Origin: an uncultured Gemmataceae bacterium
GTDB taxonomy: Bacteria > Planctomycetota > Planctomycetia > Gemmatales > Gemmataceae
Assembly: GCA_963750165.1 (NCBI GenBank)
Contig: CAVVPN010000011.1
Coordinates: 1,024,001-1,088,000 of the forward strand
Length of the DNA stretch: 64,000 nucleotides
Direction of reading: 5' to 3'
Shown here: positions 9,178-19,261 of the stretch, piece by piece
How the letters are laid out: the number at the start of each line of letters is the position of its first letter
How positions within the stretch are numbered: position 1 is the stretch's first letter
Notes under the pieces: generated by a model
What the model was told of the DNA's origin: nothing
The model's database searches: none
Seen by the model: only the letters and a program-made list of their open reading frames with translations
Position numbers and translations under genes: made by a program

Positions 9178-11284
9178 TCAATCTTGGCGAGATGCGGGTT
9201 CCGCCGGCGCCCTGGTCCGACCGGCTAGCACGTCAAGAAGCGGGCCCAGGTGCCGCTCGTAGTGGCGCCAGCGGCCGACGGAGCGGTTGTAAATGGGTTG
9301 GCGAACCTGCCAGACGCTGGCGGTGACGACGGCCCGTTGCGTGCGGTGGAATTCGAGGCAGACCGGGTCCCAGGGCAGGCCGAGAAAGTCGATGAGGCGC
9401 CGGCTCTGGCCCTCCTGGTCCGCGATCAGCTCCTCGTAATGCAGTTCGAGCATCGGCAGCGGCAGCGTTTTGAGCCAGTGGGCGGTGAGCCGTTCGGTTT
9501 CCAGGTATTGCCGGCCGCAATCCGCCAGGTCGAAGGTAAAGCGCAGGCGATTGTGGGCGAACCGCTGGAAATAACACGACAGGCAGGTGTCACGGGCATC
9601 GCGGCGGCAGAAGATCACTCGGGCCTGGGGAAACAAGGTCGCGATCAGACCGAGGTGGAACACGTTGCCCGGCATCTTGTCGGTGACGCGCACCGCCGCG
9701 CCTCCCAGAGAGCGCAGCTGTTCCAGGTGGGCGGCGGAAGCCCTCGCGATCGCCTGGGCGTCCCAGCTTTTCGCGGTGAGGCGGCCCGCCTCGTCGGCAG
9801 CCAGGGTTCGGGCGATGCCGCCAATGTCGCGCAACTCGCCGGCGCCGAAAACGGCCGGGTGGCTGGCGGCAATCTGCTCGACCAGAGTCGTGCCCGAGCG
9901 CGGCATGCCAACGATGAAAACCGGCAGTTCCGAAGCAGCAACCCACTGGCGCCGGGCCGCGAAGAACCGGGGCGTAAAACCCTGGATCAACTGATCGACC
10001 GTGCGGCGGAGTTTGTCGCCGTCGAACGCTTCGTCGGCCGCGGCCGGCAACTGTTTCAGAAGCGCGTTGGCCTGGACAAAGCATGGAAATGCCTCATCGA
10101 AGCGGTCGGCGTCGTCCAGCAACTTGCCCAGAGCGAACCCCGCTTCCACGCGGTGCTGGGGGGGCAAGTCGGTTTGGTTCAGCAGCCCGGTGAGCCGCTC
10201 GATCTCCGCCGGATTGGCCTCCTGCGCGCAATGGAGATCAGGTTCCTGTGGAAAAGGGCCTTGTCCGGACTGATCGCCAGGGCACGGCGGAAGCAGGCCG
10301 ACGCCTCATCAAATTTTCCCAGGGAGCGCAACGCCATGCCCAGACCGTTCCAGGAGGTTGCCGAATCGGGCGCCAAACTCAAGGCCTTGCGGAAACTGGC
10401 TTCCGCGCCGCTGATGTCAAACAGGTACAGCAAAGCCGATCCGAGAGATTCATGGGCGCCGGCGTCCTCGGGCGCAGCGCCAGCGCCCGCCGATGGACTT
10501 GTGCGGCCTCCGCGTGGCGCTCCAAACCTGCCAGGGCCAAACCGCTCATGTTCTGGGCTTCAAAATAATCGGGCTGGAGCCGCACGGCCCTCTCGAACGC
10601 GGCCAGTGCCTCGGCGAACCGCTCGCGCTTGAAGAAGGCGTTGCCGAGATTGAACTGGGTGACCGGGTCGTCTCCCTTGAGGGCCGTCGCCTGGAGATAT
10701 TCGGCAATCGCCTCGTCCAGCAAACCCTTGTCCCTGAGGACATTGGCCAGGTTGTTGCGCGCATCAGCCCAGTTGGGTCTGAGCGCGATGGCCCTGGAAT
10801 AGGCGGCGATTGCCTCATCCAGTCGCCCCTGGTTTCGCAGCGCTGCACCGAGCCTGACGTGCGTGTCGGCGAAGTCGGGTTGGAGTTGGGTTGCCCTGGA
10901 AAATGCGGCGATCGCCTCATCGAGTCGCCCTAACTCGCACAAGATAATACCCAGGGCATAATGGGGTCCGCCATCCGCGGGACGGAGCTGAACCAGCCGA
11001 CGGTAAGGCGCGATGGCCTCATCGAACTTCCGGTGGTTCACCAGGATGCAGCCGAGATTGCCCCACGCCTCGGCAAAGTCGGGTCGATGTTGGACTGCTC
11101 GGCCGATCAGAGCGGCGGCCGCTTCCAGATGACCTGCCTGCGCCGTGAGAATCCCCAGGAGGTGCAGGGCGTCAGGATCATTGGGTTCCCGGACGAGAAC
11201 CTGATGGCAAATCCTTTCCGCGTCGCGGCGCCGTCCCGCCCGATAGTGCTGCTCTGCAACCTGGATAGGCCGATCCATCGTCAT
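9178..11284 (-). CDS. TPR-repeat sulfotransferase (two apparent frameshifts, near 10460 and 10220)
   Basis: N-terminal TPRs (AEAWGNLG, ADARNNLA), then PVFIVGMPRSGTTLVEQI (PAPS-binding), TDKMPGN, RDARDTCLSC and TASVWQVRQPIY. Confidence 0.85.
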
Positions 11285-11338
11285 GGGTCGATCTTTCGGA
11301 TTGCCTGGGTTCGCGCCAACAGAAATTCCCGCCCCTCC

Positions 11339-11378
11339 GACGAAGCACCCCTCCCTTGAACCGGAGGGGTGCTTCGTC
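11339..11378. terminator. 16-bp perfect stem-loop between the giant secreted protein and the sulfotransferase
   Basis: GACGAAGCACCCCTCC-CTTGAACC-GGAGGGGTGCTTCGTC. Confidence 0.55.
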
Positions 11379-11401
11379 TGACGACCTGTTCCGATTCGTT
11401 C

Positions 11402-14400
11402 TCAACCGAGGGGGTCGAAGTGGTCATCAAGCCCACTGAACCCTTCAAAACTGAAGGTCAAGCCGCCGTGATCCTGAAGGATGATCGAATTGCCGGGGAC
11501 CAGTTGGATCGGCGTGTTGTCCGAGTAGTCGGCCGCGTCCACGTAGCCGATGTCGCCGAACAAGGTGTCGTTAATGTCGCTGTTCTGCCAGACGTCGAAG
11601 ATGAATTGCCCGGTAACGGTGACGTTGAGGCTCACCGACGGGTGGATGATCCCGGGGATGGGCAAGATCGTGATGCTGAGTCCGGCACTAAAGTTGATGG
11701 AGAACTGGGTGAAGTTCTGCATCATGAAGGTGAGTTCCGGGATGTATTCGTTGGCGCCGGGCGCCGGGCCGGCCGGCGTCAGGTCGTCTGGACTGCTCTT
11801 CATGCTGTAGAGGTTGAAGAACCCATCGACGGGAACGCCGGAGGCGCCAACGTCAATGCCGGCGTGGGCGTCAAAGAGCGTAACCGTCAAGTTGGTTGGC
11901 ACCAGGAAAGTGGTGCTGAGGTTCACGTCCAACGGCAGGATGTCCATGCCGTAGTTGACGTCCAGTTCCTGCAAGCGAACCCCCCCGACGAGGCGATTAC
12001 TGCCGTCCTGGGCGAGGAACAGCAAGGTGAAGGGGTTGCTGGCGACGAAGCTGGCGTTGCCGTTGGGGAAGCCAAAGCTCCAGTTGATTTGCACGTCCGT
12101 CGGCGTGTTTTGCATCACGGCACGCAGGGCCGTGTCGCTATCCTGGGCCATCCCCTGTGGACCGTAATAGAGGTCGATGGTGCCCGCGGAGGCGCTGCTG
12201 TGGAAGTGGATGTTGTTGGCCGCCAGGTTGATGTCCAGGGTGGCCGAATCGGGGATGTTGTCGATGTGGGCAATGAGGATATTGCTGTCCAGGCCGGCGC
12301 CGGCGAGAAACGGATGCGGGCCGGCGGTGGGGGCGTCGAACTCGAAGTGGCCGCCATTGGTATTGGGCTGGTACGCGATTTTCTGGAAGCCGGTGAACTG
12401 GGCGTCGAGGAAATCGAGTGCCCCGCTGTTAATCTGGACGACGGCATGGTCTTCGCCGGCGGTGAGCACCTGGGCGTTGTTGTAAATGTTTTGCAGCTGC
12501 GCGAGCGTGACGGGGGCGCCGCTCCCCAGACTGAAGTAACGGTTGTCGATTTCCTGGAGGTACGGCGAGTAGTTGATGCGGGCGCCGCCCGGACCGGAGG
12601 TCTGGAACGGCATGAGCTTGCCCGCGTTGACGCCCGCGTCGTCGGACGTGGAGACCGTCGCCGTCACCTGCCCCATGGGTGTGGGGTTGTCCGAAGCGTC
12701 TGCGGCCTGGAGCACGAACTGGCCGCCGCCCCAGTTGGCGGACCAGTGGGCGGGAATGTTGTGCAGCGCCGCCTGGATGAGCCTGTACGTGCCCGTCCCC
12801 AGAATGGTGTTGTCGCTGGTCGCGCTCACCATCAGCAGGGTGATGGCGTCGCTCATGGTCAGGGTGGCGCTGGCGCTGGGATCCAGGGTGAAGTTCAACA
12901 TGGCGGGCAGACCCAGGGCCGTGAACATGACGTGGGTGTTGTCCGCCGGGGTGTTGGTCTTGCTGATGTCGGCCACGACCGTGAGGGAGCTGATGGCGGA
13001 ACTGCCCATGTAGTTCACCACCGTCGCGAAATCGGAATTGAAGTCCCAGGTCTGCGGCACGTTCATGATGTCGATGGCGGCCGTGATGTTGTAAAGCGAG
13101 AAGAACCTGCCGCCCAGTTTCGAGGTGACGTTGACCTGCATTTCATGGGCGGAGTTGGCGACGTAATGCAAGGTCACCCCGAGCGCCGGGTCCGCGGTCG
13201 TGAGGCTGAAATCGCCGAGGCCGAACAGGCCCGCGGAGAGGCGCTTCACCATGCCCGCGCCCTCGTCGTCCAGCCGCGCGTAATCGATGGACGAGCCGGT
13301 GGCGGCCGCCAGCGCGGCCACGTCGTTGTCCATCGTGGACACTGCGACCTGCGCCCCGCCCAGGAACGTGCCCGGGGTGTCGGTGTCGAAGTGGATGGCC
13401 GTGCCCGCGGACGTGGACCAGGTGGCGTGGAAACTGGGTACGGAGTCCACGCGGATCCGGGCGTCGCGCACCACGTCGCCGAGCAGACTGCCGCTGCCCG
13501 GGAAGCCGTTGGGGTCGTGCACGTGGGCGGTGATGTTGCCGATGTTGTTCGGCGACGAGACGGTGACCGTCAGGTGCGAAGCGGGGTCGAGGTCGAAACT
13601 GAGGTTCGCCGGCAGGCTGCTGGCGCTCAGGCTGAATTTGGTCGTGTCGTAGGTGCCTTCCGTCCCGGGCACGCTGCCGCCCACGGTGATCGAGCCAATC
13701 CCACTGCTGGCGGTGTACGACAGCTGGGTCGAAAAATTACTGGTCAGGGTGATGCTCGCCGGCAGCAGGTTGACGACCACCGCGGCGTCCACGTTATGCC
13801 CCGGGAAGAAGTGGCCGTTGTTGGAGACCACCGTGGCGGTCAGCAGCCGCGCGGCGTCCTGCGTCATCACGATGGTTGACGAGTGGCTCGCGTCGGTCGT
13901 GGAGTAGGTGAACTGGGTGAGGCCGAACAGCTCGGCCACCAGGTGCTTGGCCGCACTGCCGCCCGGGTCGGAAAGGGTGACGACGTCGGCGTTGCTGCCC
14001 GTCGGCGGGCCGGGGGGCGCGAGGTCGATCGCCGAGGAGATCTGCAACTGCGTGGCGCCGATCGACAGGCCCGGGGCCACGCTCATGAGGCCGACCGTCG
14101 TGCCGGTGGCGGTGGTGGCAAAGGTCCCCTGGAAGCTCGGCACGTTGTCCAGGCGCAGCCGGGCTTGCTCGATCGGGGCGCCGAGCAGGCCGGAGGTGCC
14201 GGGCAGTCCGGTCGGGTCCTCCAGGTCGAAGCTGAGGTCGCCCATCGTCTGATTGTCGTGGCCCAGGGTGTCCTGGGAGAGGACGGAGAAGGTGCCGAGG
14301 GTCGGTTCAAAGTCGAAGACAATCACCGGCGGCAGGTTGTCGGCGTGGATGGTCAGCGAGGAGCCGGCGGGCAGGCCCACGTTCTGGCCGAACGTCAGGT

Positions 14401-16909
14401 CAATCGAGGGGATGAAGTTCGTGCCGACGAGGCGGATCATCGGGTCGAGGTTGGTCTGGTAATCGAGGTGGCTGGGCACCAGGGCAATGTTATTGTTCAG
14501 GGTCACCTGGTTGCCCGCGAAATAGACGCCGCCGGTGACCGAGTTGACGTTGAGGTTGAACGGCACGGCCCGGTTGTCGTCCCAGGTGGCGTGGACAAAA
14601 TCGCTGGCGTTGGCGACCGCGTAGCTGAACGAGTCGATGCCGACGATGCCGACGCTCATGCTCCGCGCCGCCGCCCCCTGATCGCTGAAGGAGGCGTAGT
14701 CCGCGGTCAGGCTGGCGGCCGGGGTCATCGGGTAAGCGGGCAGGCCCGGGTCGTTCAACTTCGTGGACACCGCGAACTGGACGCCGCCCGCGAACAGGCC
14801 GGCCATGACGGTGTCGAAGTGGATGGCCGTGTTGCCGCTGCCGTCCGTGGCCACCCAGGTGCCGGTGAAGGTCGGGATGTCATCGACGCGCATGCGCGCC
14901 GTCTTCAGTTTGGGGCCGAACAGCAGGCCGGCGTCCGCGAACAGCGAGATGCCGTTGGAGTCCGCCAGGGACACTTCCACGTGGCCGGCGACGGCGTTGC
15001 CGCCGTGGCCGTCCTGGGCCACGATGTGCATCATCGAATCCGGGTCGAACAGGAAGCTGAACACGGCCGGCAGTCCGCCGGTGTCCAGGTTGAACATCAA
15101 CGAATCGATGTGCCCGAAGCAAGTGAACGAGCCGATGCCGGTGGGCGGGTTGGTCGAGTAGCCGAAATCGGCCGGGCTGTTGAAGTGGAACATCGTTTCC
15201 CCGGCCGGGACGTTGACCAACTCGCAGGTGATCTCGATATCGTGCCCGGGGGTGAGCAGCGAGGTGGGCGTCGTCCGCAGGTAGCTCTGCAAGGGCGTCG
15301 CGGTCGTTGTCCTCAGGTCGAACGAGCTGCCGAGCGGGGCGGTGGTCAGGGTGAAGGTGGCCGAGACGAGGTTCAGCAGCCGGGTCGCCGCTGTGGCGCC
15401 CGGCCCGTAGACCGCCGGCACGGAGGTGTCGCCCGTGCCGGTGTCGATCATCGAGAAGACGTCCCAGGTCGGGTTGCTCCAGCGGGTCGGCAACTGCACC
15501 GTGGCGGGGGTTTTGCTCGACGCCAGGAATTCCAGGCTGCCGATGACGTTGGTCGGGACCACCGGGGCGGCGGTGAAGGTCCGGGTGGTGCCGCTGGCGT
15601 TGAAGCCGGCCGTCAAGCTGGGGGCGTTCGTCACGGCCAGGCCGACCGTATCGACGTTGTAGCCGAGGAAGGCGGAACTGCCGGCGAAGCCGCCGGTTTT
15701 GGCGGCCTGGATGGCCAGGTTGAGGGAGGTCGAGTTGTCGGTCAGCGTCGCCGAGCCGGCCGTCCTGAGGGTCAGGTCCACCTGCGTGGGCACGTTGCTG
15801 GCGTTGCCGACGACCGCCAGGCCGTCGCTGCGCGTCTTCTGGAACGTCATCTGGCTGACGCCGGTGTTGCCGTGCTGCGACAGCGTCAGGTTGCCGGTAG
15901 GCTCGTTGAGGGCGAGCGAAAATTGCTCGCTGGTCGGCATCGCGCTGGCGGTCAGGCTGGTGTTGAAGTCCGGGCCGGGGGCGGTCGCCGGGTTGGTCAG
16001 GTTCTCCAGGTAGTCCATCTGAACCAGGCTGGTGGCGCTCGCCTGCCAGTTCAGGGCGAAGGAGGTGTTGACCGGGGTGGTGAGGGCCGACTCGCTGGTG
16101 GTGACGGTGAGGTTGATCGTGGCCGGCACGGTCTCGACGTAGGTGCGGAAACCGGCGGCGTTCAGGGTGCCGGTCAGGTTGGTGCCGTCGAGGTTGCCGA
16201 GGATAAAGCTGAGCGGGTTGTCCGCCGCGGTAGTGGTCATGGTGGCCTGGAAGCTGTGGCTGGTGCCAGCGAGGGTGCCGGGATAAAGGTCGATGACCTC
16301 TTCCAGGGGGGCGTGCCCGCCGGGGGTGTTGCCGGTGGCCCGCGTCTGGAAGCCCATGACCAGGTTCGGGGTGCTGGGCAGCCCGGCCTCCAGGTCGAAG
16401 CCGGCGAACGGGAAGGCGATCACCACCGAGAGGTTACTGGCGTACGGGGCGTTGCCCAGCCGGTCAATGGTCAATTCGAGGTGCGGGGTCGGGTCCACGT
16501 AAGCGTCCAGCTCCAGCTGGATGTCGAAGCCGCTGTGGCCCTGGCCGGTGTCCTTGCTCTGGTCGGCGTCGATTTTGACGGGGGCGTGGGAGTGGCCGTC
16601 GGTCACCGTGGGCGCGGCCCCGCCGGCGCTGGCGACGATGACGAAGGGCACCGGCAGGTTGTCGAGGACGTGGCGGTTGCTGACCGCCTTGTCGAGCACA
16701 TTTCTCAGGATGCTGGAATCGCCCGGGTCCGGGACGAGGGGGTCGGGCAGTGGCAGCGGCGCCGGATTGACCGGGCCGGGCAACGCCAGGGTGGGCACGA
16801 CGCGGGTTTCCAGTTCCTCCAGCCGAACGCGGACAGGGCGGCGCGAACGGCGGCGCAACGGCTTGGTGGTCGGCTTCAGCCAGCTGGTGAGCAGGTTGCG
16901 AAGTCCCAT
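11402..16909 (-). CDS. 1835-aa secreted beta-rich protein with planctomycete LEPRxLL-type N-terminal motif
   Basis: Basic N-terminus, then RLEELETRVVP. Thr/Ser/Gly-rich, with repeated ARxRxDxxPxFxxTW/F modules. RBS AAGGAG. Confidence 0.85.
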   Translation of the reverse strand: MGLRNLLTSWLKPTTKPLRRRSRRPVRVRLEELETRVVPTLALPGPVNPAPLPLPDPLVPDPGDSSILRNVLDKAVSNRHVLDNLPVPFVIVASAGGAAPTVTDGHSHAPVKIDADQSKDTGQGHSGFDIQLELDAYVDPTPHLELTIDRLGNAPYASNLSVVIAFPFAGFDLEAGLPSTPNLVMGFQTRATGNTPGGHAPLEEVIDLYPGTLAGTSHSFQATMTTTAADNPLSFILGNLDGTNLTGTLNAAGFRTYVETVPATINLTVTTSESALTTPVNTSFALNWQASATSLVQMDYLENLTNPATAPGPDFNTSLTASAMPTSEQFSLALNEPTGNLTLSQHGNTGVSQMTFQKTRSDGLAVVGNASNVPTQVDLTLRTAGSATLTDNSTSLNLAIQAAKTGGFAGSSAFLGYNVDTVGLAVTNAPSLTAGFNASGTTRTFTAAPVVPTNVIGSLEFLASSKTPATVQLPTRWSNPTWDVFSMIDTGTGDTSVPAVYGPGATAATRLLNLVSATFTLTTAPLGSSFDLRTTTATPLQSYLRTTPTSLLTPGHDIEITCELVNVPAGETMFHFNSPADFGYSTNPPTGIGSFTCFGHIDSLMFNLDTGGLPAVFSFLFDPDSMMHIVAQDGHGGNAVAGHVEVSLADSNGISLFADAGLLFGPKLKTARMRVDDIPTFTGTWVATDGSGNTAIHFDTVMAGLFAGGVQFAVSTKLNDPGLPAYPMTPAASLTADYASFSDQGAAARSMSVGIVGIDSFSYAVANASDFVHATWDDNRAVPFNLNVNSVTGGVYFAGNQVTLNNNIALVPSHLDYQTNLDPMIRLVGTNFIPSIDLTFGQNVGLPAGSSLTIHADNLPPVIVFDFEPTLGTFSVLSQDTLGHDNQTMGDLSFDLEDPTGLPGTSGLLGAPIEQARLRLDNVPSFQGTFATTATGTTVGLMSVAPGLSIGATQLQISSAIDLAPPGPPTGSNADVVTLSDPGGSAAKHLVAELFGLTQFTYSTTDASHSSTIVMTQDAARLLTATVVSNNGHFFPGHNVDAAVVVNLLPASITLTSNFSTQLSYTASSGIGSITVGGSVPGTEGTYDTTKFSLSASSLPANLSFDLDPASHLTVTVSSPNNIGNITAHVHDPNGFPGSGSLLGDVVRDARIRVDSVPSFHATWSTSAGTAIHFDTDTPGTFLGGAQVAVSTMDNDVAALAAATGSSIDYARLDDEGAGMVKRLSAGLFGLGDFSLTTADPALGVTLHYVANSAHEMQVNVTSKLGGRFFSLYNITAAIDIMNVPQTWDFNSDFATVVNYMGSSAISSLTVVADISKTNTPADNTHVMFTALGLPAMLNFTLDPSASATLTMSDAITLLMVSATSDNTILGTGTYRLIQAALHNIPAHWSANWGGGQFVLQAADASDNPTPMGQVTATVSTSDDAGVNAGKLMPFQTSGPGGARINYSPYLQEIDNRYFSLGSGAPVTLAQLQNIYNNAQVLTAGEDHAVVQINSGALDFLDAQFTGFQKIAYQPNTNGGHFEFDAPTAGPHPFLAGAGLDSNILIAHIDNIPDSATLDINLAANNIHFHSSASAGTIDLYYGPQGMAQDSDTALRAVMQNTPTDVQINWSFGFPNGNASFVASNPFTLLFLAQDGSNRLVGGVRLQELDVNYGMDILPLDVNLSTTFLVPTNLTVTLFDAHAGIDVGASGVPVDGFFNLYSMKSSPDDLTPAGPAPGANEYIPELTFMMQNFTQFSINFSAGLSITILPIPGIIHPSVSLNVTVTGQFIFDVWQNSDINDTLFGDIGYVDAADYSDNTPIQLVPGNSIILQDHGGLTFSFEGFSGLDDHFDPLG

Positions 16910-17307
16910 GTGGCGATCTCCTTTGCGGTGGGGTACGTCGGTGCAGGTTCCTTGACGGAGTTTCCACGAGCCATTTCGCGGCGGCGCACGGCGTCCGCCA
17001 GGGTGCGAAATGTTCTGATTACCCGCAGGTTAAAAGTAAAAGTGGCGGCGTAGGATTACCCACCTCGGCGGCACGGGGGGATGGTGTCGAGGTGGCGGCA
17101 GCTGGCGCCGTGGTGCGGCTCAACGCTTGAAGGACAACTGGGCGATAAACTCCTTTTCCAATAGCCCGCAGAGGGCATGTCCCGCAATCGAGTTGCTCAA
17201 CACATCAGCTAGAAACGATCGCCAATCCAGCGGGAAGGAAGGCGAAATTGCGTCGGGATGATTTGGAAGCCAACCTAAATGGTTGATAATAGGTTGGATG
17301 GATGAGG

Positions 17308-17336
17308 ATAATCCCATGCGGTTCTGCCTTTGTCAA
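17308..17336 (-). promoter_or_regulatory. Possible sigma70-type promoter for the 1835-aa gene
   Basis: Minus strand TTGACA-17 bp-GATTAT in an AT-richer intergenic stretch. Confidence 0.35.
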
Positions 17337-17365
17337 GAGAAATTCCAGAATCTTTTTGGAAGTAG

Positions 17366-18868
17366 TTCTACTGTGCTACTTTCCTCTTTTCGGTCGGCCG
17401 CGCGGCCGCGGCCGACGCGGCGGGAACTGCCCGGTCGCGTTGTGCCAGTGGTAGATGCGTGCCTCCTCGTTACGCCGCAGCACTTGGCTCACGATCTCCG
17501 CGACCCGGGCCGCGCTGGGGCTCGGCTCGCGCAGCAGTTCCGTGAAGATCTGCCGCACCTGCGGCACCGTCAGCGCTGGTGTTTTTCCCCCCCAGCCGCA
17601 GCTTCTCGGTCTGCAGGAACCACAGGGCCAACAGCGACAGCGTCATGTGGTGGTGCCAGCCCACCCAGCTGCGCACCTCGTAGTGTCCCAACCCCACCTC
17701 GCCCTTGGCCTCCGCCAAGAGTTCCTCGACCCCGTGCCGCGCCCATGTACCCGCGCCACCTGCCCGCGCCGCGCCCGGTGCGCGTTGGAGAGCGTGTACC
17801 ACGTCTGCGGCTTGGGCTCGCAACTCTTGAGGATCGCCAGACGTTCGCGCGGCCCCACGCAGCCGTCCTCGTCCTTGGTCTGCACCGCCGCCAACAGCAC
17901 CTTGACCCACTGCGGCCCCTTGGCTCCGTCACGCACCTTCACCTTGCGCCACCGCCCCGCCGGCTGCCGCGCCGCCCACCGATCAACGCGCTCGAACGCC
18001 GGCAACCGCGGCCGGCCGCCGGGGCGCGCCGGCGGCGACCGCTCGGCCAGGTCACGCACCAGGGTGTTGCAGGGCACGTCCAGCACGTACCGGAGCCGCC
18101 GCTGCCGCAGGGCCGCCCGCAGTTCCGTGCAGCGGCCGAACTCGTCGTCGCCAGCCACCCAGTCCCCGGGCAGGTCGGCGCGGCGCGGTCCAGCAGTTCC
18201 AGGCCGACCCGCCACTTCTCGGCGAAGGCGACCGCCGCGGGCACAAACGTGGCGGCGCGGCGCCTGGGGTCGTGGGCCCAGTCCTGGTCCAGATAGAGCT
18301 GGGCGTCGAGCAGGGCCTTGCCGCGCGGGGCGACGTAGGCCAGGAAGACGCCGACCTGGCAGTTGTCGATCTTGCCCAACCGGCCGCACCACTGGCGGGC
18401 CACCCCACAGGAAGCCGCCCCCTTCTTGGGGAAGGCCGAGGGGTCCAGGACGAAGACGGCGTCGTCGTCGGCCAACTCCTCGGCGATGTGGCGGCGCAAC
18501 TCGCCCAGGACGGCCTGGTCGTCCCAGCCGCCGCCACCGACGAACAGTTGCAAGGGGCGGCGCTTGAGGCCGGCCAAGGTGGCGATGGGCTCGGTGGTCT
18601 TGCGCTGCAGGCCGCTGAGCTTGCCGCGCAGCACGGTCAGGGCGTGGCCGCGGTGCTCCTCTCGGTGGAACCGGGGCAGGTAGCGCTGGGCGAAGGCGGT
18701 CAACTGGTCCGCGCAGGAGCGGACGGCAGCAGCGGAGAGTTCGGCGTCGTTCAGCAGGGCCTGCGCGTCGGGGTGGTCGAGGATGTCCATGGCGGCCTCC
18801 ACAAAGATACCGCCGTTCAGTGTAGCCACCGCGTCAGCTGCCGGCTAGAATCATGTCGCACAGTAGAA
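17366..18868 (-). mobile_element. IS701-family insertion sequence; transposase 18790-17376 with frameshifts
   Basis: Terminal inverted repeats TTCTACTGTGC / GCACAGTAGAA. Motifs VLDPSAFPKKG..S.GVARQWCG.LGKIDNCQ, GDDEFG and LGHYEVRSWVGWHHH. No target duplication seen. Confidence 0.9.
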
Positions 18869-19261
18869 ATAGGCAGCCAAATAGGCAGGAACTAAACGGG
18901 CGGGATTCGGTCGGACTCGAATCAGGAACCCTGCGAACACCAATTGTCCGTCTTTCGGATCGTAAAGGTAAGACTTCCCAACGCTAGCCCCGGTCCGGGC
19001 AAAAACGATGTCTCCTTCGCTTAGGTGGTATCTGCCGGAGTTCTCACTTTTCACAGAGACGAGATTCTCGGTGGAAAAGCCGCCGTTTTCGGTAATATCA
19101 GTTATTCGGATATAAGTAGGAAGTTTATCCGAAAAATGGCAAGCTGGCGCATTGATCCCATAATTAGGTGCGGAAGCAAGACATTCACCCAACTTGCGAA
19201 CATTCCAATTGTCTGGAATTACGCCAACATTTGTTTTTTTGAAACTCGTTTTCAATTCCAT
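18869..19261 (-). pseudogene. hsdS: Type I RM specificity subunit, N-terminal fragment truncated by IS701
   Basis: FKKTNVGVIPDNW...YIRITDI...GDIVFARTGASVGK...FAGFLIRVRP. Overlaps the hsdM stop, has low GC and runs into the IS end. Confidence 0.85.

Noticed and set aside
8525..9326. ORFs 8525-8785 and 8820-9326, and similarly 30045-30248
   Set aside because: They overlap att and arm-site DNA and have no protein-like features.
11369..17053. Long plus-strand ORFs (836 and 1056 aa); likewise 33020-36337 and 44674-49548
   Set aside because: Antisense shadows of real GC-rich genes, with Arg/Gly/Val-rich composition and no motifs.
17120..17317. 65-aa ORF as the continuation of hsdS
   Set aside because: No HsdS motifs; the region looks like promoter/leader sequence.
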